A stretch of DNA of 64,000 bases from the human T2T-CHM13v2.0 reference genome, Homo sapiens: the NCBI RefSeq assembly GCF_009914755.1, contig NC_060932.1; one strand, written 5' to 3'. This document shows, piece by piece, positions 40,642 through 59,090 of this stretch. How positions within the stretch are numbered: position 1 is the first letter of the stretch; each line of letters begins with the position of its first letter. A program made the position numbers and the translations under genes. A model generated the notes under the pieces. The model saw only the letters and a list, made by a program, of their open reading frames with translations. It ran no database searches and had not been told where the DNA came from.

Positions 40642-43325
40642 CCGTCTTCTCTTTTTCTGGCTCAAATTCCAAGCAGAGAGCGTTAGGAAGCAGGAGCTCC
40701 AGTCCTCTGAACTTCCGTGAGAGTTCCGCTATTTGCTGGGCTTTGGGCGCCCTCTGCAGGCCCTGTGAATTCCTGTCTCTGCCCCAGGCATAAAACCCAG
40801 GGAGGCTCTCCCTGTAGGTTACATTTCCAGCCATAGGCTGCAATAGTGTGTTTCCCTTGGGTGGAAGAGGTGGATAATCAGACAGCACTGGAGAGGATCC
40901 CTGTGCTTAGTTAGATAGAACCAGTTCAAGACGGATGCTTCAGGTAGGGAGGTGGGGGTGTGCTCTAGCAAAAAGGAACTCGGGCTTAGGGATTTGTTAG
41001 CCAATATTCACTTACTGTGAGTCAGACACGTTTTCATTCATTCATTCATCATCACATTTTTAATAGATGGCCTAAGTGCCAGGGCACTGGAATTCAGAAG
41101 TGGAAAGCAGGCCACAAAAACAAAACAAACCGCCTGCCTTCATGGAGCCATGGAGCCGGCACCCTAGAGAGGAAAGACCAACAACCAATAAGATGAATAA
41201 GACAGGTAGTAAGGTGGACGGTGGTAAATGCCAAGGAGAAAAGATGAAGCGGGAAGAAGGCTCTGAAGCTTCTGGGGCAGAGATGGGGAGCAGTGAGATG
41301 TTTTATCAGAGGTTCAGGAAAATCCTGGCTGAGAAGGACTGTGAAATGAAGATCAGAATACAGAGGAGTGTGCCTTGCTGCTCCCTGGAGGAGGAGCATC
41401 CAGGAGAGGGAACTGCCGTGAAAATGCCTTGAGGCAGTAGCACGCTCAGGTGCTCAAGGACCAGCAAACAAGCTCCATGCCTGGACAGGAGAAGATGAAG
41501 AGGAAGTAGGAGGGGCACAGGAGAATGAGGTAGATTAGGTGGGAGAAGTTACAAGGGGTCAGTTGAATCCAGGTCTGGCTGACAATGATGTAGGGAAGAT
41601 GAAGAGCCTCAGAGATCAACCCAAGCTCCATTGTGAAGTCCAGTTGCTGGAGCACAATCCCCTCAGCTGTAAGATGTGGATCACGACACTGGCTTGTAGG
41701 ATTAAGAAAGTGCCTGGCCTGCTGTCTTGCACCTCTTTGCCCCTGCACACATCCTTGCATGTCACGTTTACTCAGTGACTTAAGGATTTCTAAAACAGAA
41801 GGCCTGAGGCAAATTGTGGAATTGGTTCAAAGTGTCCCTCACATCTGCCCTCCATGCACTCGGTGCTTAGGGCCCTCCTACTTCCCCATCAAGACCTATT
41901 GTCCTTCCCTGGGGATGCTGTTTGTAGGCAGCAGCCACTATAAAAGTAACTTCGACTGCATCTCCATGAACATTTGAATGGAAAACACTACTAGACCTAG
42001 AGAGAAGATTGGAGAGGGAATGCTGGTGTTGTCCATTTACTGGTAACACAATCTTGGTCAAACACTTAAACTCTGCACCTCACCCATCAGATGGGCTTGG
42101 CTCACAGAGCTTGGTAAGGACCTAAGAGGAGAATCAGCACATGCATCATTTGTCACCTGTGATAACAGCACAGTGTGTCTTTATGCAGCACTTTATACAT
42201 CAATTTCAGGTTCTGTAGACTCTCAAAATATTTGGATAAGATTAGAGCCACCTTTAAGTCTTTTTGTCCATAATTGTCTTGGAAATAGGGGATTGATTTC
42301 TTAAGCTTCCCTGAATCTCAGATTGTCTCTGTCTAAATTTGGGGAAACAATATTTGCCTTCTCTATTTCACAAACTAGACTGAAACACGTATGTAAACGG
42401 CTTTAAAAAAAAACTTAAGTTGGGAGGAGCCAAGATGGCCAAATAGGAACAGCTCCAGTCTACAGCTCCCAGCCTGAGCGTCGCAGAAGACGGGTGATTT
42501 CTGCATTTCCATCTGAGGTACCGGGTTCATCTCACTAGGGAGTGCCAGACAGTGGGCACAGGTCAGTGGGTGCGTGCACCGTGCGCGAGCCGAAGCAGGG
42601 CGAGGCATTGCCTCACTCGGGAAGCGCAAGGGGTCAGGGAGTTCCCTTTCCTAATCAAAGAAAGGGGTGATGGACAGCACCTGGAAAATCGGGTCACTCC
42701 CACCCGAATACTGCGTTTTTCCGACGGGCTTAAAAAACGGCGCACCACAAGATTATATCCCGCACCTGGCTGGGAGGGTCCTACCCCACGGAGTCTCGCT
42801 GATTGCTAGCACAGCAGTCTGAGATCAAACTGCAAGGCGGCAGCGAGGCTGGGGGAGGGGCGCCCGCCATTGCCCAGGCTTGATTAGGTAAACAAAGCAG
42901 CGGGGAAGCTCGAACTGGGCAGAGCCCACCACAGCTCAAGGAGGCCTGCCTGCCTCTGTAGGCTCCACCTCTGGGGGCAGGGCACAGACAAACAAAAAGA
43001 CAGCAGTAACTTCTGCAGACTTAAATGTCCCTGTCTGACAGCTTTGAAGAGAGCAGGGGTTCTCCCAGTACGCAGCTGGAGATCTGAGAACGGGCAGACT
43101 GCCTCCTCAAGTGGGTCCCTGACCCCTGACCCCTGAGCAGCCTGATTGGGAGGCACCCTCCAGCAGGGGCACACTGACACCTCACACGGCAGGGTACTCC
43201 AACAGACCTGCAGCTGAGGGTCCTCTCTGTTAGAAGGAAAACTAACAAACAGAAAGGACATCCACACCAAAAACCCATCTGTACATCACCATCATCAAAG
43301 ACCAAAAGTAGATAAAACCACAAAG

Positions 43326-44342
43326 ATGGGGAAAAAACAGAGCAGAAAAACTGGAAACTCTAAAAATCAGAGCGCCTCTCCTCCTCCAAAGGAACACAGC
43401 TCCTCACCAGCAACAGAACAAAGCTGGACGGAGAATGACTTTGATGAGCTGAGAGAAGAAGGCTTCAGACGATCAAATTACTCTGAGCTACGGGAGGACA
43501 TTCAAACCAAAGGCAAAGAAGTTGAAAACTTTGAAAAAAATTCAGAAGAATGTATAACTAGAATAACCAATACAGAGAAGTGCTTAAAGGAGCTGATGGA
43601 GCTGAAAACCAAGGCTCGAGAACTACATGAAGAATGCAGAAGTCTCAGGAGCTGATGCGATCAACTGGAAGAAAGGGTATCAGCCATGGAAGATGAAATG
43701 AATGAAATGAAGCGAGAAGGAAAGTATAGAGAACAAACAATAAAAAGAAACAAGCAAAGCCTCCAAGAAATATGGGACTATGTGAAAAGACCAAATCTAC
43801 CTCTGATTCGTGTACCTGAAAATGATGGGGAGAATGGAACCAAGTTGGAAAACACTCTGCAGGATATTATCCAGCAGAATTTCCCCAATCTAGCAAGGCA
43901 GGCCAACGTTCAGATTCAGGAAATACAGAGAACGCCACAAAGATACTCCTCGAGAAGAGCAACTCCAAGACACATAATTGTCAGATTCAGCAAAGTTGAA
44001 ATGAAGGAAAAAATGTTAAGGGCAGCCAGAGAGAAAGGTCGGGTTACCCTCAAAGGGAAGCCCATCAGACTAACAGCGGATCTCTCAGCAGAAACCCTAC
44101 AAGCCAGAAGAGAGTGGGGACCAATATTCAACATTCTTAAAGAAAAGAATTTTCAACCCAGAATTTCATATCCAGCCAAAGTAAGCTTCATAAGTGAAGG
44201 AGAAATAAAATCCTTTACGGACAAGCAAATGCTGAGAGATTTTGTCACCACCAGGCCTGCCCTAAAAGAGCTCCTGAAGGAAGCGCTAAACATGGAAAGG
44301 AACAACCAGTACCAGCCACTGCAAATTCATGCCAAAATGTAA
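43326..44342 (+). pseudogene. L1 ORF1p, disrupted by premature TGA at 43653-43655
   Basis: MGKKQSRKTGNSK...ECRSLRS* followed in frame by MEDEMNEMKRE...HAKM*; CGA>TGA at codon 110. Confidence 0.95.
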
Positions 44343-44390
44343 AGACCATCAAGACTAGGAAGAAACTGCATCAACTAACGAGCAAAATAA

Positions 44391-48231
<3,841 letters not shown>

Positions 48232-49411
48232 ACAATGAGATCACATGGACACAGGAAGGGGAACATCACACTCTGGGGACTGTTGTGGGGTGGGGGAGGG
48301 GGGAGGGATAGCATTGGGAGATATACCTAATGCTAAATGATGAGTTTGTGGGTGCAGTACACCAGCATGGCACATGTATACGTATGTAACTAACCTGCAC
48401 AATGTGCACGTGTACCCTAAAACTTAAAGTATAATTAAAAAAACAAATTAAAAAAAAAAGAGAAAAAGAAAAAAAAAAAACTTAAAATGGGTAAGTATAT
48501 GTGTTTAAACAGACAGTTTGAGCTACCACCTTTTACTGTAATTCACATGATTTTGAACTCTCCTTGTTCGAGAACCCTACATATCACTCAGATACAAAAT
48601 CCTTGGTGCCACTGAGAAGACACAGGACTATGGTTTCTCGTGATCTCACAGAGACAGAAGTTAGGGATCTAAGGAAGCTGCAGGGGCCAGTCACCTCATT
48701 GCCCCCTCTGCAGTCGGAGCCACCTCTCACTAGCTCCCTGCTTCCACTTGACAGTGACTCAGACACATGTTCAGATTGATTACCTTTTGCTCCTCCTACT
48801 ACACAAACCTGATGCTCACTGCATTCTCCAGTTTAGCTTCTGGAGATATCCTTAAGAGTGTGGCCAGTTTTCTCCATTCCTGTTCTACCTGTCTGTCTAT
48901 CACAGGTCATTGACTGGTCTATGGAAGCTCTGCGCATGGCTCAGTTACCCATCCCTGGTCCTATGAGCTACAGTCAGTGGAGGTAGGGTCAAGTGATGTA
49001 GACACCATGCCACAGGGACAGACAGAATAGCCCAGGGCCTCCTTTCCTAGCAGGGGTTGTAATCATGGGTGGTTTCTATTGGAAATGGGCAGTGGACAGA
49101 TGCTCATCATGACTGGCCTTTCAGGACAGCGGGAAACAATGTATTAGACATTCCCATTGCGTGCTTCTTCCAGTCAACTAGACACATTCAGCAAAGCCAC
49201 TATCTAGAGACCAGAGCCTATTCTTCCAGGTGCACTTTGGATGAGCAGCTTTGATTGTTAGAAACTCCGAGTAATCAGGGTGCACTGAATATAGAGATGA
49301 AGACCAGGTCTTTAGTTTACTAAATGACACATCCCATTCCCTGACCCAATCCTCCAAGGGTCCGGTTACGAGTTCTCTCCGATTCTGTCAGCCACTCCAG
49401 GATACCCCAGA

Positions 49412-49417
<6 letters not shown>

Positions 49418-49449
<32 letters not shown>

Positions 49450-49495
49450 ATATATATATATATATATATATTTATTTATTTATTTATATTTATTA
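49418..49495. repeat. Compound microsatellite (CT)n(AT)n(TTTA)n at the L1 tail
   Basis: Direct read; lies between the TSD and the L1 3' end. Confidence 0.95.
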
Positions 49496-49945
49496 TACTT
49501 TAAGTTCTACGGTACATGTGCACAACGTGCAGGTTTGTTACATATGTATACATGTGCCATGTTGGTGTGCTGCACCCATTAACTCGTCATTTACATTAGG
49601 TATACCTCCTAATGCTATCCCTCCCCCTCCCCCCACCCCACAACAGGCCCCGGTGTGTGATGTTCTCATTGCTGTGTCCAAGTGTTCTCATTGTTCAATT
49701 CCCACCTATGATTGAGAACTTGTGGTGTTTGTTTTTTTGTCCTTGTGATAGTTTGCTGAGAATGACGGTTTCCAGCTTCATCCATGTCCCTACAAAGGAC
49801 ATGAACTCATCGTTTTTTATGGCTGCATAGTATTCCATGTTGTATATGTGCCATATTTTCTTAATCCAGTCTATCATTGTTGGACATTTGGGTTGCTTCC
49901 AAGTCTTTGCTACCAGTTAGAATGGCGATCATTAAAAAGTCAGGA
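49470..49945 (-). mobile_element. 5'-truncated L1PA4/PA5-like element with a 34-bp 5' inversion
   Basis: Antisense L1 3' end 49470-49912, then sense L1 piece accagttagaatggcgatcattaaaaagtcagga (49912-49945); 22-bp duplication caggataccccag(a/g)tcctttct at 49398-49419 and 49941-49962. Confidence 0.93.
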
Positions 49946-52900
49946 TACCCCAGGTCCTTTCTAAAGGGTGCCTCCCAAAAATAACAGCCATGTGCCATGT
50001 ATCCTCTGACGAAATGTCGAAATAACTCCTTCAGCCCTGACTGCACTCCTAGAGTGGCTACTGTGCATTCCATAAACACAAGGTCTTGGCAAAAGAAAGT
50101 CAAAGGATTTTCTTTTATTGTTGTTGTTTGTCACTAATACACATCACAAGTAACACGAAATGCCAACCAAAAAACAAATGTAGAAAAATAGTAGAATTGT
50201 ATTGGCACTAATGACTTTGTAATTACTATAGTGGCTGTTTTACCGACAATTTGCAAGAGTGCAGGAGATTGTAATTATTGTATACAGATATTGTCACCAG
50301 AATACGCATTAGGATTCACAGTGGCATCAAGCTATACATTGTTTCTTTTTCAGATAAAGAGACCATGACAAAAGACCCTGCCTCTCTTTGCCTTCTACAA
50401 TGTAGGAGGTCACATTTGAAAATAAAAATAAAATAATAGAAATTACACAGCCCTGCCCTGTGTGATCAATAAACAGAAGCCACAGGCTGGTCCCCTTGGC
50501 CAAGTCTAAGCATGGGCATGCTTATGGACACTATTGGTGTGCCTTTTATTCAATAATCTGGTTTTGTCTATTAATTTGGAAAAATGTAAAGGTTGTTTAC
50601 TGAGTATCCAGACTTTGTATTACAGACAGGAGGAGGTGCTTCTTGACGAACTGGTTTGTAATCTGCCCCTGTCACCTTCTGTTTTTATACATTCCCTATC
50701 TTGGCACTGATCTAGGGATGGCCCAATGGAGCATTGAAATCCTACACGAATGGTGTGGCTGATGTCATGGCAGCATCGCATCTGGACTGGATTTCTGCTT
50801 CCAGACCCAGATGAGAAGCCCAAACCCCAATACCAGGGATGTGATTTGCTTTTATCGATATCAGGATGATATTAGTCTCAATGTTTCCCGCTTGCTCTCT
50901 TGCCTCATTAATCTATCCTGCACTATGAATGCAGCCATCCTCTCCCCCAACTAGATTATAAATTATTGAATAGCAAAGTCACATCTAATTAATTTCTGTA
51001 ACCACCAATGCTTAGCACAGAGCTAAGCAGAGACTAAACGTTTTAAAAACTAAATGTATTTAATATGAGTTATGGGAAAATTGTAAATGAAAATCAAATC
51101 ACAGACTTTCATGTTAAGTTGTATGTAGAGAAGATAGCATTTGGGGATCAAGTGAAGTCTACTATTTAAAAGGAAATATATGTGTGTGTGTATATATATA
51201 TATATGCAAAGATATAGGAATAGGTTATCAGATGCACCTTGATTATTATTCAGTTTTCTTTCTCAGGGCAAGAAAAATAAGCAGGGTATTTTGCCATATG
51301 CAATAAGTTTAACCTTGGGCTAAAGGACATTTCAATATGTCTTTGCAGTTTGATGCAATACAAAGGATTCTGAGTGACATTTACAGAATTAAATCTTTCA
51401 AACACCTTAAATTAGATGTAATACTGCTCTCAGCTATGTGTCAAGCTGCAGCCTTTCCTCAACTCTCAACAATGGTGTACAATATACCCTAAACAGAAAA
51501 ATAGTTTTATGACATAGATCATTCAATAATGCACTGAATAGACCTGAAAACGTCCAGTCTGGAAGCTTGTGGAGTCACAGTGGAATGTTCTGATGGAAGC
51601 TTAAGGCTAAAGTTTCAAACCAAGTAATCTTCCTTAAGCCATCATGTATGAATCACTTTAAAGCCATGTAAGAAATCTCTTAATGTGTTTATTTCAAAGA
51701 TACTTCCCTATAACCAACCTTTTGCTATAAAACATTCCCAAGCCACTCACCAAGCTTTTCAATGCTCACTCTGTAAAAGGCATTGTTCCAGATCTCTACT
51801 TTTCCTATGTTGTTTGCACCCCTGAACTACCTTTCAATTAGGTATTTCCAAGCCTTTCCAAGGAAACTGAGGCCTAAAGATAGAATGATGCTTCCCACTA
51901 CACGAAATTCCACTGTGATGTCTGAAGAAACTCCTCTTCTCTTGCAAATTCAGAAGCTTAGAGAGTAAACACGAGCCAATGTCAAACTCTGCATTAGCAA
52001 CAGTTGCTGTGGATGACATGAGGGGCTGGAAAGAAAACATGAGCTTTCAAAGGACTGACCCTTTCAGCAAAGACACATTGAACACCCACTCTGTGTCAGG
52101 CAGCGTGTGCAGGATCAGGTGTACTGGAAGAATTAGACATGGTTTCTGCCCTTGAGGAAAAAATATTCGTATGTGAGAGATCTATAGAGACACAGATAAA
52201 AATGTGATGAGAAATGAGAAAAGAGTGGGCTTATGGGAACGTGAGAAAACCTAGCTCTGATGGCAAGGCACTGAGCTCAAATTCATCCGGAAGCAGGAAT
52301 CTGCAATCTAGGAACCATTTATTGTAGATTCAAACCCTATGGTAAAGGGAATGAATCCTGGATGAATACGATCAGGCACTGCAACGTGAGAGTTGCAGAA
52401 GGAGATAATGTATGGAAGGAAGAACATGGCCTGGGACAGCTGTGGAAAGAAAGGTGTGTGGTTTTGGAAAAGGAACTCCAGGTTACTAGGAGAAAAGAGA
52501 ATCTTGAGAAACATAAATGATCAGCAAAGAATGCAACAGTTCATCCAACTACACTGTTGACAATGCTTTATATAACTACCTTTGCCACTAAGTTTTTCTT
52601 GCTGTTTAATTTATTGGTTATGTAGATGTCTCATATAAGAATATATTATAATAGAAGGCTCAAAAGGTTATGGTTTAGGAGATGTGGACTTGAACTCTGG
52701 CTTTGATTTTCACAAGACATGTGACTTTTACAATTAAGTAACTCTCTGGGTTGGAAAAATCATAGAATAAAAGATAAAATGAAGGCTAGAAGTTCAAATC
52801 TTGACTCTACCACTGCTAAACTGTGTAATTGTAGGCAAGTTACTTGACTTCTCCCAGCATCATTTATATGTTGTGTGGGATTAAATGAAACTATATATGC

Positions 52901-53787
52901 AAAAATCTAACCAACAAATTTGAATATTGTAAATTATTTCCATTTTTGTTCTTCTTCATTTGTTAAAAGTTAGATGGACAAGAGTCCATGTTTGTTTTAG
53001 TTGTAAAAGTTTCTGATTCTGTGATGACACAAAGTTTGAGGTTTGAGGACTGTTTTTCTAAAGTACTGTAATCACAACTACATCTATGAAACAATGATAC
53101 ACACAGTCTTTATAATTTGGTCATAAAGAGATCAAATATAGAGAAATAACCTGGTTTAATGATTCGCAAAACACTATTCAGCAACACCCATACATTTACA
53201 TTTGATCTAAAAGCTCAGTTCTATATATTCTGCTCTTTCTCTTCTGTAACAGAAGTCACTGGGATCCTTTTCCCAATAATTAAAATGGATTATTACAGGG
53301 TTTGTGCACTGAAAACTCTGTATTATTGAATACTATATTATTTCCATTGAACATAAAAAGCTCTGGAGAGAGTTCCACTTTTCCAAATTGTCCATAGTGT
53401 TTTCTACTGAAACTTAATTAACATCACACATAATTGCCCAGGTGCCATGGAAAATCAAGCTAGAAACAAGTAAAGAAAAAGGTAAAATTGATAAATAAAG
53501 GCAGAAAGGGAGGAAAAAGCACAGAAATCCCGAGAAAGCCACCTTAAAGAGTTTGAAAAATCTCCATGGTGGTTTCTCTTCATTTAGAGAGTATATGTGC
53601 GTGTGCGTGTGTGTGTGTCTATACACAATATTGTATATAATGTCACCACAATGACCGTGCTTTGTCATATATAGATCAAGACCTGTCTGGTCAAGTGAAG
53701 CTGGAAATGCACAGTTCAGGATATAGACATCAGATACAGTCTATATGAAGCAGCCCATTTTTCCTCTTCCAATTCTGATATTCATTA

Positions 53788-54126
<339 letters not shown>

Positions 54127-56274
54127 TCAGTTTTATCATTACCCCAGATCCTTCTAGTGTCTAGGATGACATGATTTCCTAGTACAGTACCCAACACAAA
54201 ATAGATGTTCAATAAAACATGTAACAAATAAGTGAGTGAACAATTGAAATAAAATGATCCAGATGCTAGCGTGTAATGCTATATTGGGATGGGTGCCTTG
54301 CGAGAAAATTAACAGAAAGCGTAATTGTTGTTCTATGTGTTCTTTGCCATGGCCACACTTCTTTTTTCCTTCAGGACCCCCACAACTGTCCCTAGCAGCC
54401 CTGGTTATTTCTAATGCTCAGAAATATATGCTGTGAAACCAAAGCTAATGGCATGGGGGAAAAAAAGTAGCAATTACATTCAGGAGCTTGCAAATACCTG
54501 AATGCAAGCTTTCAAATAAGTAGCCATGTGCGTAGAGAGAGATGCCATCATCTTACACAGCGAGAGCCAGCTGAACACTTGTTCGCCTCCTAGCACTTTT
54601 AAAGGCTATTTTTCTTCTTTACAGAAACACCTTGGTTATGTGCCATTATTTATAGTGTGTTCTTTGCCATTCATGTACTACATGGGTGATCTCCCTGTTG
54701 GTTTCTCCCAAAGCTCCTTCTGGACATGGGCTTGGCCACACTCACTGTGCCTATAACTTTCTGCTCTCTGTCTACTTTCCCCTTGCATGTATACCCTCCA
54801 TCAGGATGGGAAGATTATTTTATTTTATTTTAGCTTTACGACCAACACCTGGCTTGTGCCAGGCTATTAGGAAACATTTGTGGCCGAAGGAAGGACTATA
54901 GTTTTGACTAAGTTACCCCAAGCTTGTGGGGGCTGCAGACTGCTTAACTGTAAGCTGAGGATTGAATAACTTTCTTTATAAAATTTTTATGATCAAAAGC
55001 AGCTTGTGTGATCACCTTAAATACCAATACAAGAATTTCACTTTATTGCTTCCATGCATTAAAAAAAAAAATTTTAACCAAATGACTATTCCCTCTTCTT
55101 AGCCTGTTTATATACTGCCATTTGTTACAGTTTTTCTCCATGAGAAGCCCAGCAGACATGTCTACTATGCTTCTCAAAAGAAAATTTCAGAAATGAGTGA
55201 TGGTGGAGGATGTGGCTGGACTTCTCCCAAGACAGGAGGGATCAGATCTCTAGCAGAGGGTGAAGCATGGAGCGACACATGATGGCAGGGGCAGGCCTTG
55301 CTCTCCCAGGGGCTCTCCTTACCAAGTGGAAATTGTCCTGCTAGTGTTAACAATGGAAATTTCCTCCTGATAGAAGAAGAAAATCCTGCATGGCAGCTGA
55401 CTTCTCACACCTCTGTTTTGCTACTTTTGTGCTCAAACATATTCTCCATCTGCCTTTGCAGTGGTCAAAGGTTCCCAGCCCTCAGCTCTCGCCTGAAGCC
55501 CTCTGCTCATTCTGTCCCTCTTGGAGGGATCCACATAACCCACCTTCGCCGAGCCGGCTCCTACTCAGCCTTCGGGTCTCGGCTTAGACACCAAACCCTC
55601 CCAAAGGCCTTTCCTGACCATCTCTACCCCACATCCCTGCTGTAGGTGGATGCCCCTGCTCTGAGCACACACAGAACCATACCCCTTCTGTGGGGCCACC
55701 CACTTCAATTTCCCATTTGATCAGCTGTGTTCCTTGCTAGATGGTAAGCTACTAAGTTTTACCAATGCATCCCTGGCACAGAGTAGGTCCTCAAGACAAA
55801 CTCGCCAGATGAATGAATGAATGATATAATGGAAGAGTGCACACTGGGGTGACGGGCTGTGCAAGGTAAATAGTCTCACCTTTCAAGTCTCACTCTCAAC
55901 GCTTCCTTCCTGGCCTTCCCCAGGCAATAAGGAGTGGATACCTAGGACCAAGGAGCACCAGCCCCAGCCTTCCTTAGCGCTTTTGTTATATCCCATTGTG
56001 ATGATAAGACCGGATCTCCCTGGAGTTCCTGGTCAGCATGGACTGTGCATTTTACCTCTGTGCTCCCATCTGGCACAGATGGATGGAAGCTGCTCAGTAG
56101 ATACCTGTGAATTGTGGAAGCCAACAGGGGGCTTTTCCGTCTTCACCTTCTCTCAGGTTCACAGCACTCCCTCTGCTTTCAAACTGCCATTGGGGTATTT
56201 GTTTTGCTACAAGATGACTTTGGGTTCATACCTGCTTCCCTGGATTTATTTGGCTTATAAACAACAAATTCCAA

Positions 56275-58844
56275 TTAATCTCAATATTGGGCATTTTTAT
56301 TTCTAACTCATTTTGGGAAACAACAAATCATAAAAACAAAAACAAAAATTACGCAGAGAATGAAGACATACAAGACCATTATCTTGGCAGGCATTTTGTT
56401 TATAATTTTTACAATCAATAATAGAATGTCCCTGTTTTACATAATATATATTTATATATATTTTATGTATATATATTTATATATTCGATATCTATATTTC
56501 AATAGAAAGAGACATAAAAAAGCCTTTTCAAATGAGGCATGACACGCAACACTCGACACTCTTATTTACAATATAGAGATGTACTTTCTACACAATTATA
56601 ATAGATGCTCAGAGGCCAGAGAGGGTTTACAAAGACAGCAGAGCACCCCTATAAAAAAGAGGTGCACCATGCAGCTGGACGTTTATTGCCATTAGTTCTC
56701 ACTATGTCCAGACAGCATATTGAAGTTAAAAATGGCATCTGGTTATTGGAGAAGATGATGATCATCAGATTCATCCCGGCTCCATAACCGCGGGCTACAC
56801 AGTCTTTCAAAGGACCAGGGAATGACGAACATTGCTGATGAAAATTGGAAACACAACATGAAATGCACTCATCAGAGGGACAGGGCCCATCATTTGGCCA
56901 GAAAGGAGAAGCTGCTACCAACTTATGGTTCTGTACTGAGCATGGGCACTTGCCTAGGTCAGGAAACACAATACCATGTGCTGCACGACTAGGGAACAAA
57001 TGTCTCCCAGGTTACAGAGCAAATACAGCACTCCTCATGAAGAACCAGAGTCTATGCCCAGCTCTGACTCGGGAGCTCAGATAAAAATCCCCAGTGGAAA
57101 GTGACCAGAGGACTCAGTGAACCCATATGCATTATGACCAGGATATAACAAGCATTTAGAAAGGACTCACTGAGAAACCCTAAATCCATTGTGTGGAACT
57201 CTGCCTTTGCAAGACATTCAACTCTCCCTCAACGACCCTCTCTTTCTTCAACAGAATACCACATGTCTACACTCCTGCAAAGCTGCCCATCTGGACTCAT
57301 TCCCATGGTCTGCTTTTATTTTTCAAAGTCACATTGTTAACATAAGAGGATCTAAAATTCTCAAATGAGCTTAGATTTACTTGGTTTTGTTACCATGGCA
57401 TCAGTGACCTAGAGTCATGGTCTAGGTGTTGAGAACCCTGGTCCTAGATGCGTTTCCACACTTCAGAAGGGATTTTTGCAGAAGCAGGAGCTTTCATCTC
57501 CAAAAGATTAGGCTCCTGTCTTACTTATCCCTACTGTCCAGGTTCATTCATCTCTTCCATACAACGAAATGATTCTTTAGGCTTCCTTTAGCCCATACAA
57601 CATACTCAGTCTTTGAGACCTGACTATTAAACATCCTGGTAATTTTCAAAACTCCCCTTTGAGTCACTTACCAATAACAGCTTATGTTGAGTCTTCAGTC
57701 TGGTTGTTCTCCTCCTATCTGATCTCACTTTTGTCCCTGTCGTCTATTGGTTTTTATCAACGCAGTGACCTTTCCTAGCCCTTTATTTTCCTAAGGCAAG
57801 AAGACATTTCTATTGAAAGATAGCCAGCACCCTTCTTAGAGCTCCCCTGAGGTTTTAATCCAGCACTCCTCCATTTAGATGTTTTCCTCCTTCCATGGAG
57901 AGGAGAAGCAGCTGGCCACTTTAATGGATTTAATTTTTTGCAATTGCATCGAATGCTAACATAGCATGTCTTTGGAAGTGTATCAGCAGGAGCTTCACAC
58001 GTGTGTGCATTCATCTCAGTGCCCCCTTCTGCTAGGTTAGTCTCACTCAGTGTTCCCTACTACAGACAAAGATGTAAGCAATCACTAAAATAATTTGTGG
58101 ATCAGGGCTCTGCATAGAAGAATTCTGGGGAAGTAGGTGGAGCAACTATTCATAGTTCAGTATGTCCCTAGAGTCATGTTTCTTTGTAACAAACTTGTAT
58201 TTACCAATAGTGTCACCTTTATCCCTCTTTACCTTAAGTCACCCTGCTCACTGCTGTTATGAAATAGAACTGGGATTTGTAACACATTCCTTGCTCCCTT
58301 GTTTAGAAAACATGAGGAGAGAATATGAATATGGGCATCACATTTTCTTGAACAACTGACACATTTGAATCTATTGAGGATTCTATTTACACAAATATGT
58401 TCCACTGCTGCACAGAGATTAACCTGAGTTCTGAAATGCTTGTGTGCACTTAATCAGAAATGATAAAGCTATAAGCTAGTAACATATTCGGCAAGTCTAG
58501 TTAAATTGGAGTAATCTCTCAGTAAGCCAGTAGTGGCTAGCAAGGGGAGCTCACCAACTCCCAAGTATTCTGTTTATTCTCTCATATTTTTCCTAGAAAA
58601 CATCTTGAATGACACTCCAGGTAACTATACAAATTCAAGCAAAGTTTGTTGTCATTTAGTCTATTTGCTCAGCTTTCTCGAATCTCCAAAACAAAAGCAC
58701 CTCTCATGTCAGGTTCCACCCGAGCCTCCGTCCCCCAATGCTGTTGAAGCTTCATTCTGAAATGGTGAGGTCTGTAAAAGCAGGTCTCAGCTAAAGCTCT
58801 CCACCGATCGTAAGCATTACCAAAGACCTGCTCCCTCAAAGCCA
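56275..58844 (-). other. FAM135B: FAM135B 3' UTR (3' end approximate)
   Basis: Follows the TAG stop at 58845-58847; no obvious interspersed repeats; ends in an AU-rich block with a Pumilio element and AATAAA, followed by U/GU-rich sequence on the minus strand. Confidence 0.7.
56296..56301 (-). terminator. FAM135B: Probable FAM135B polyadenylation signal AATAAA
   Basis: Plus-strand tttatt at 56296-56301; downstream minus-strand tttgttgttt element at ~56259-56268; a second hexamer at 56245-56250. Confidence 0.65.

Positions 58845-59090
<246 letters not shown>

Noticed and set aside
42563-42870. Intact L1 ORF0
   Set aside because: ATG at 42870 reaches TAG after 29 codons because of a 1-bp deletion; the track ORF 42563-42748 is the orphaned downstream part starting at GTG.
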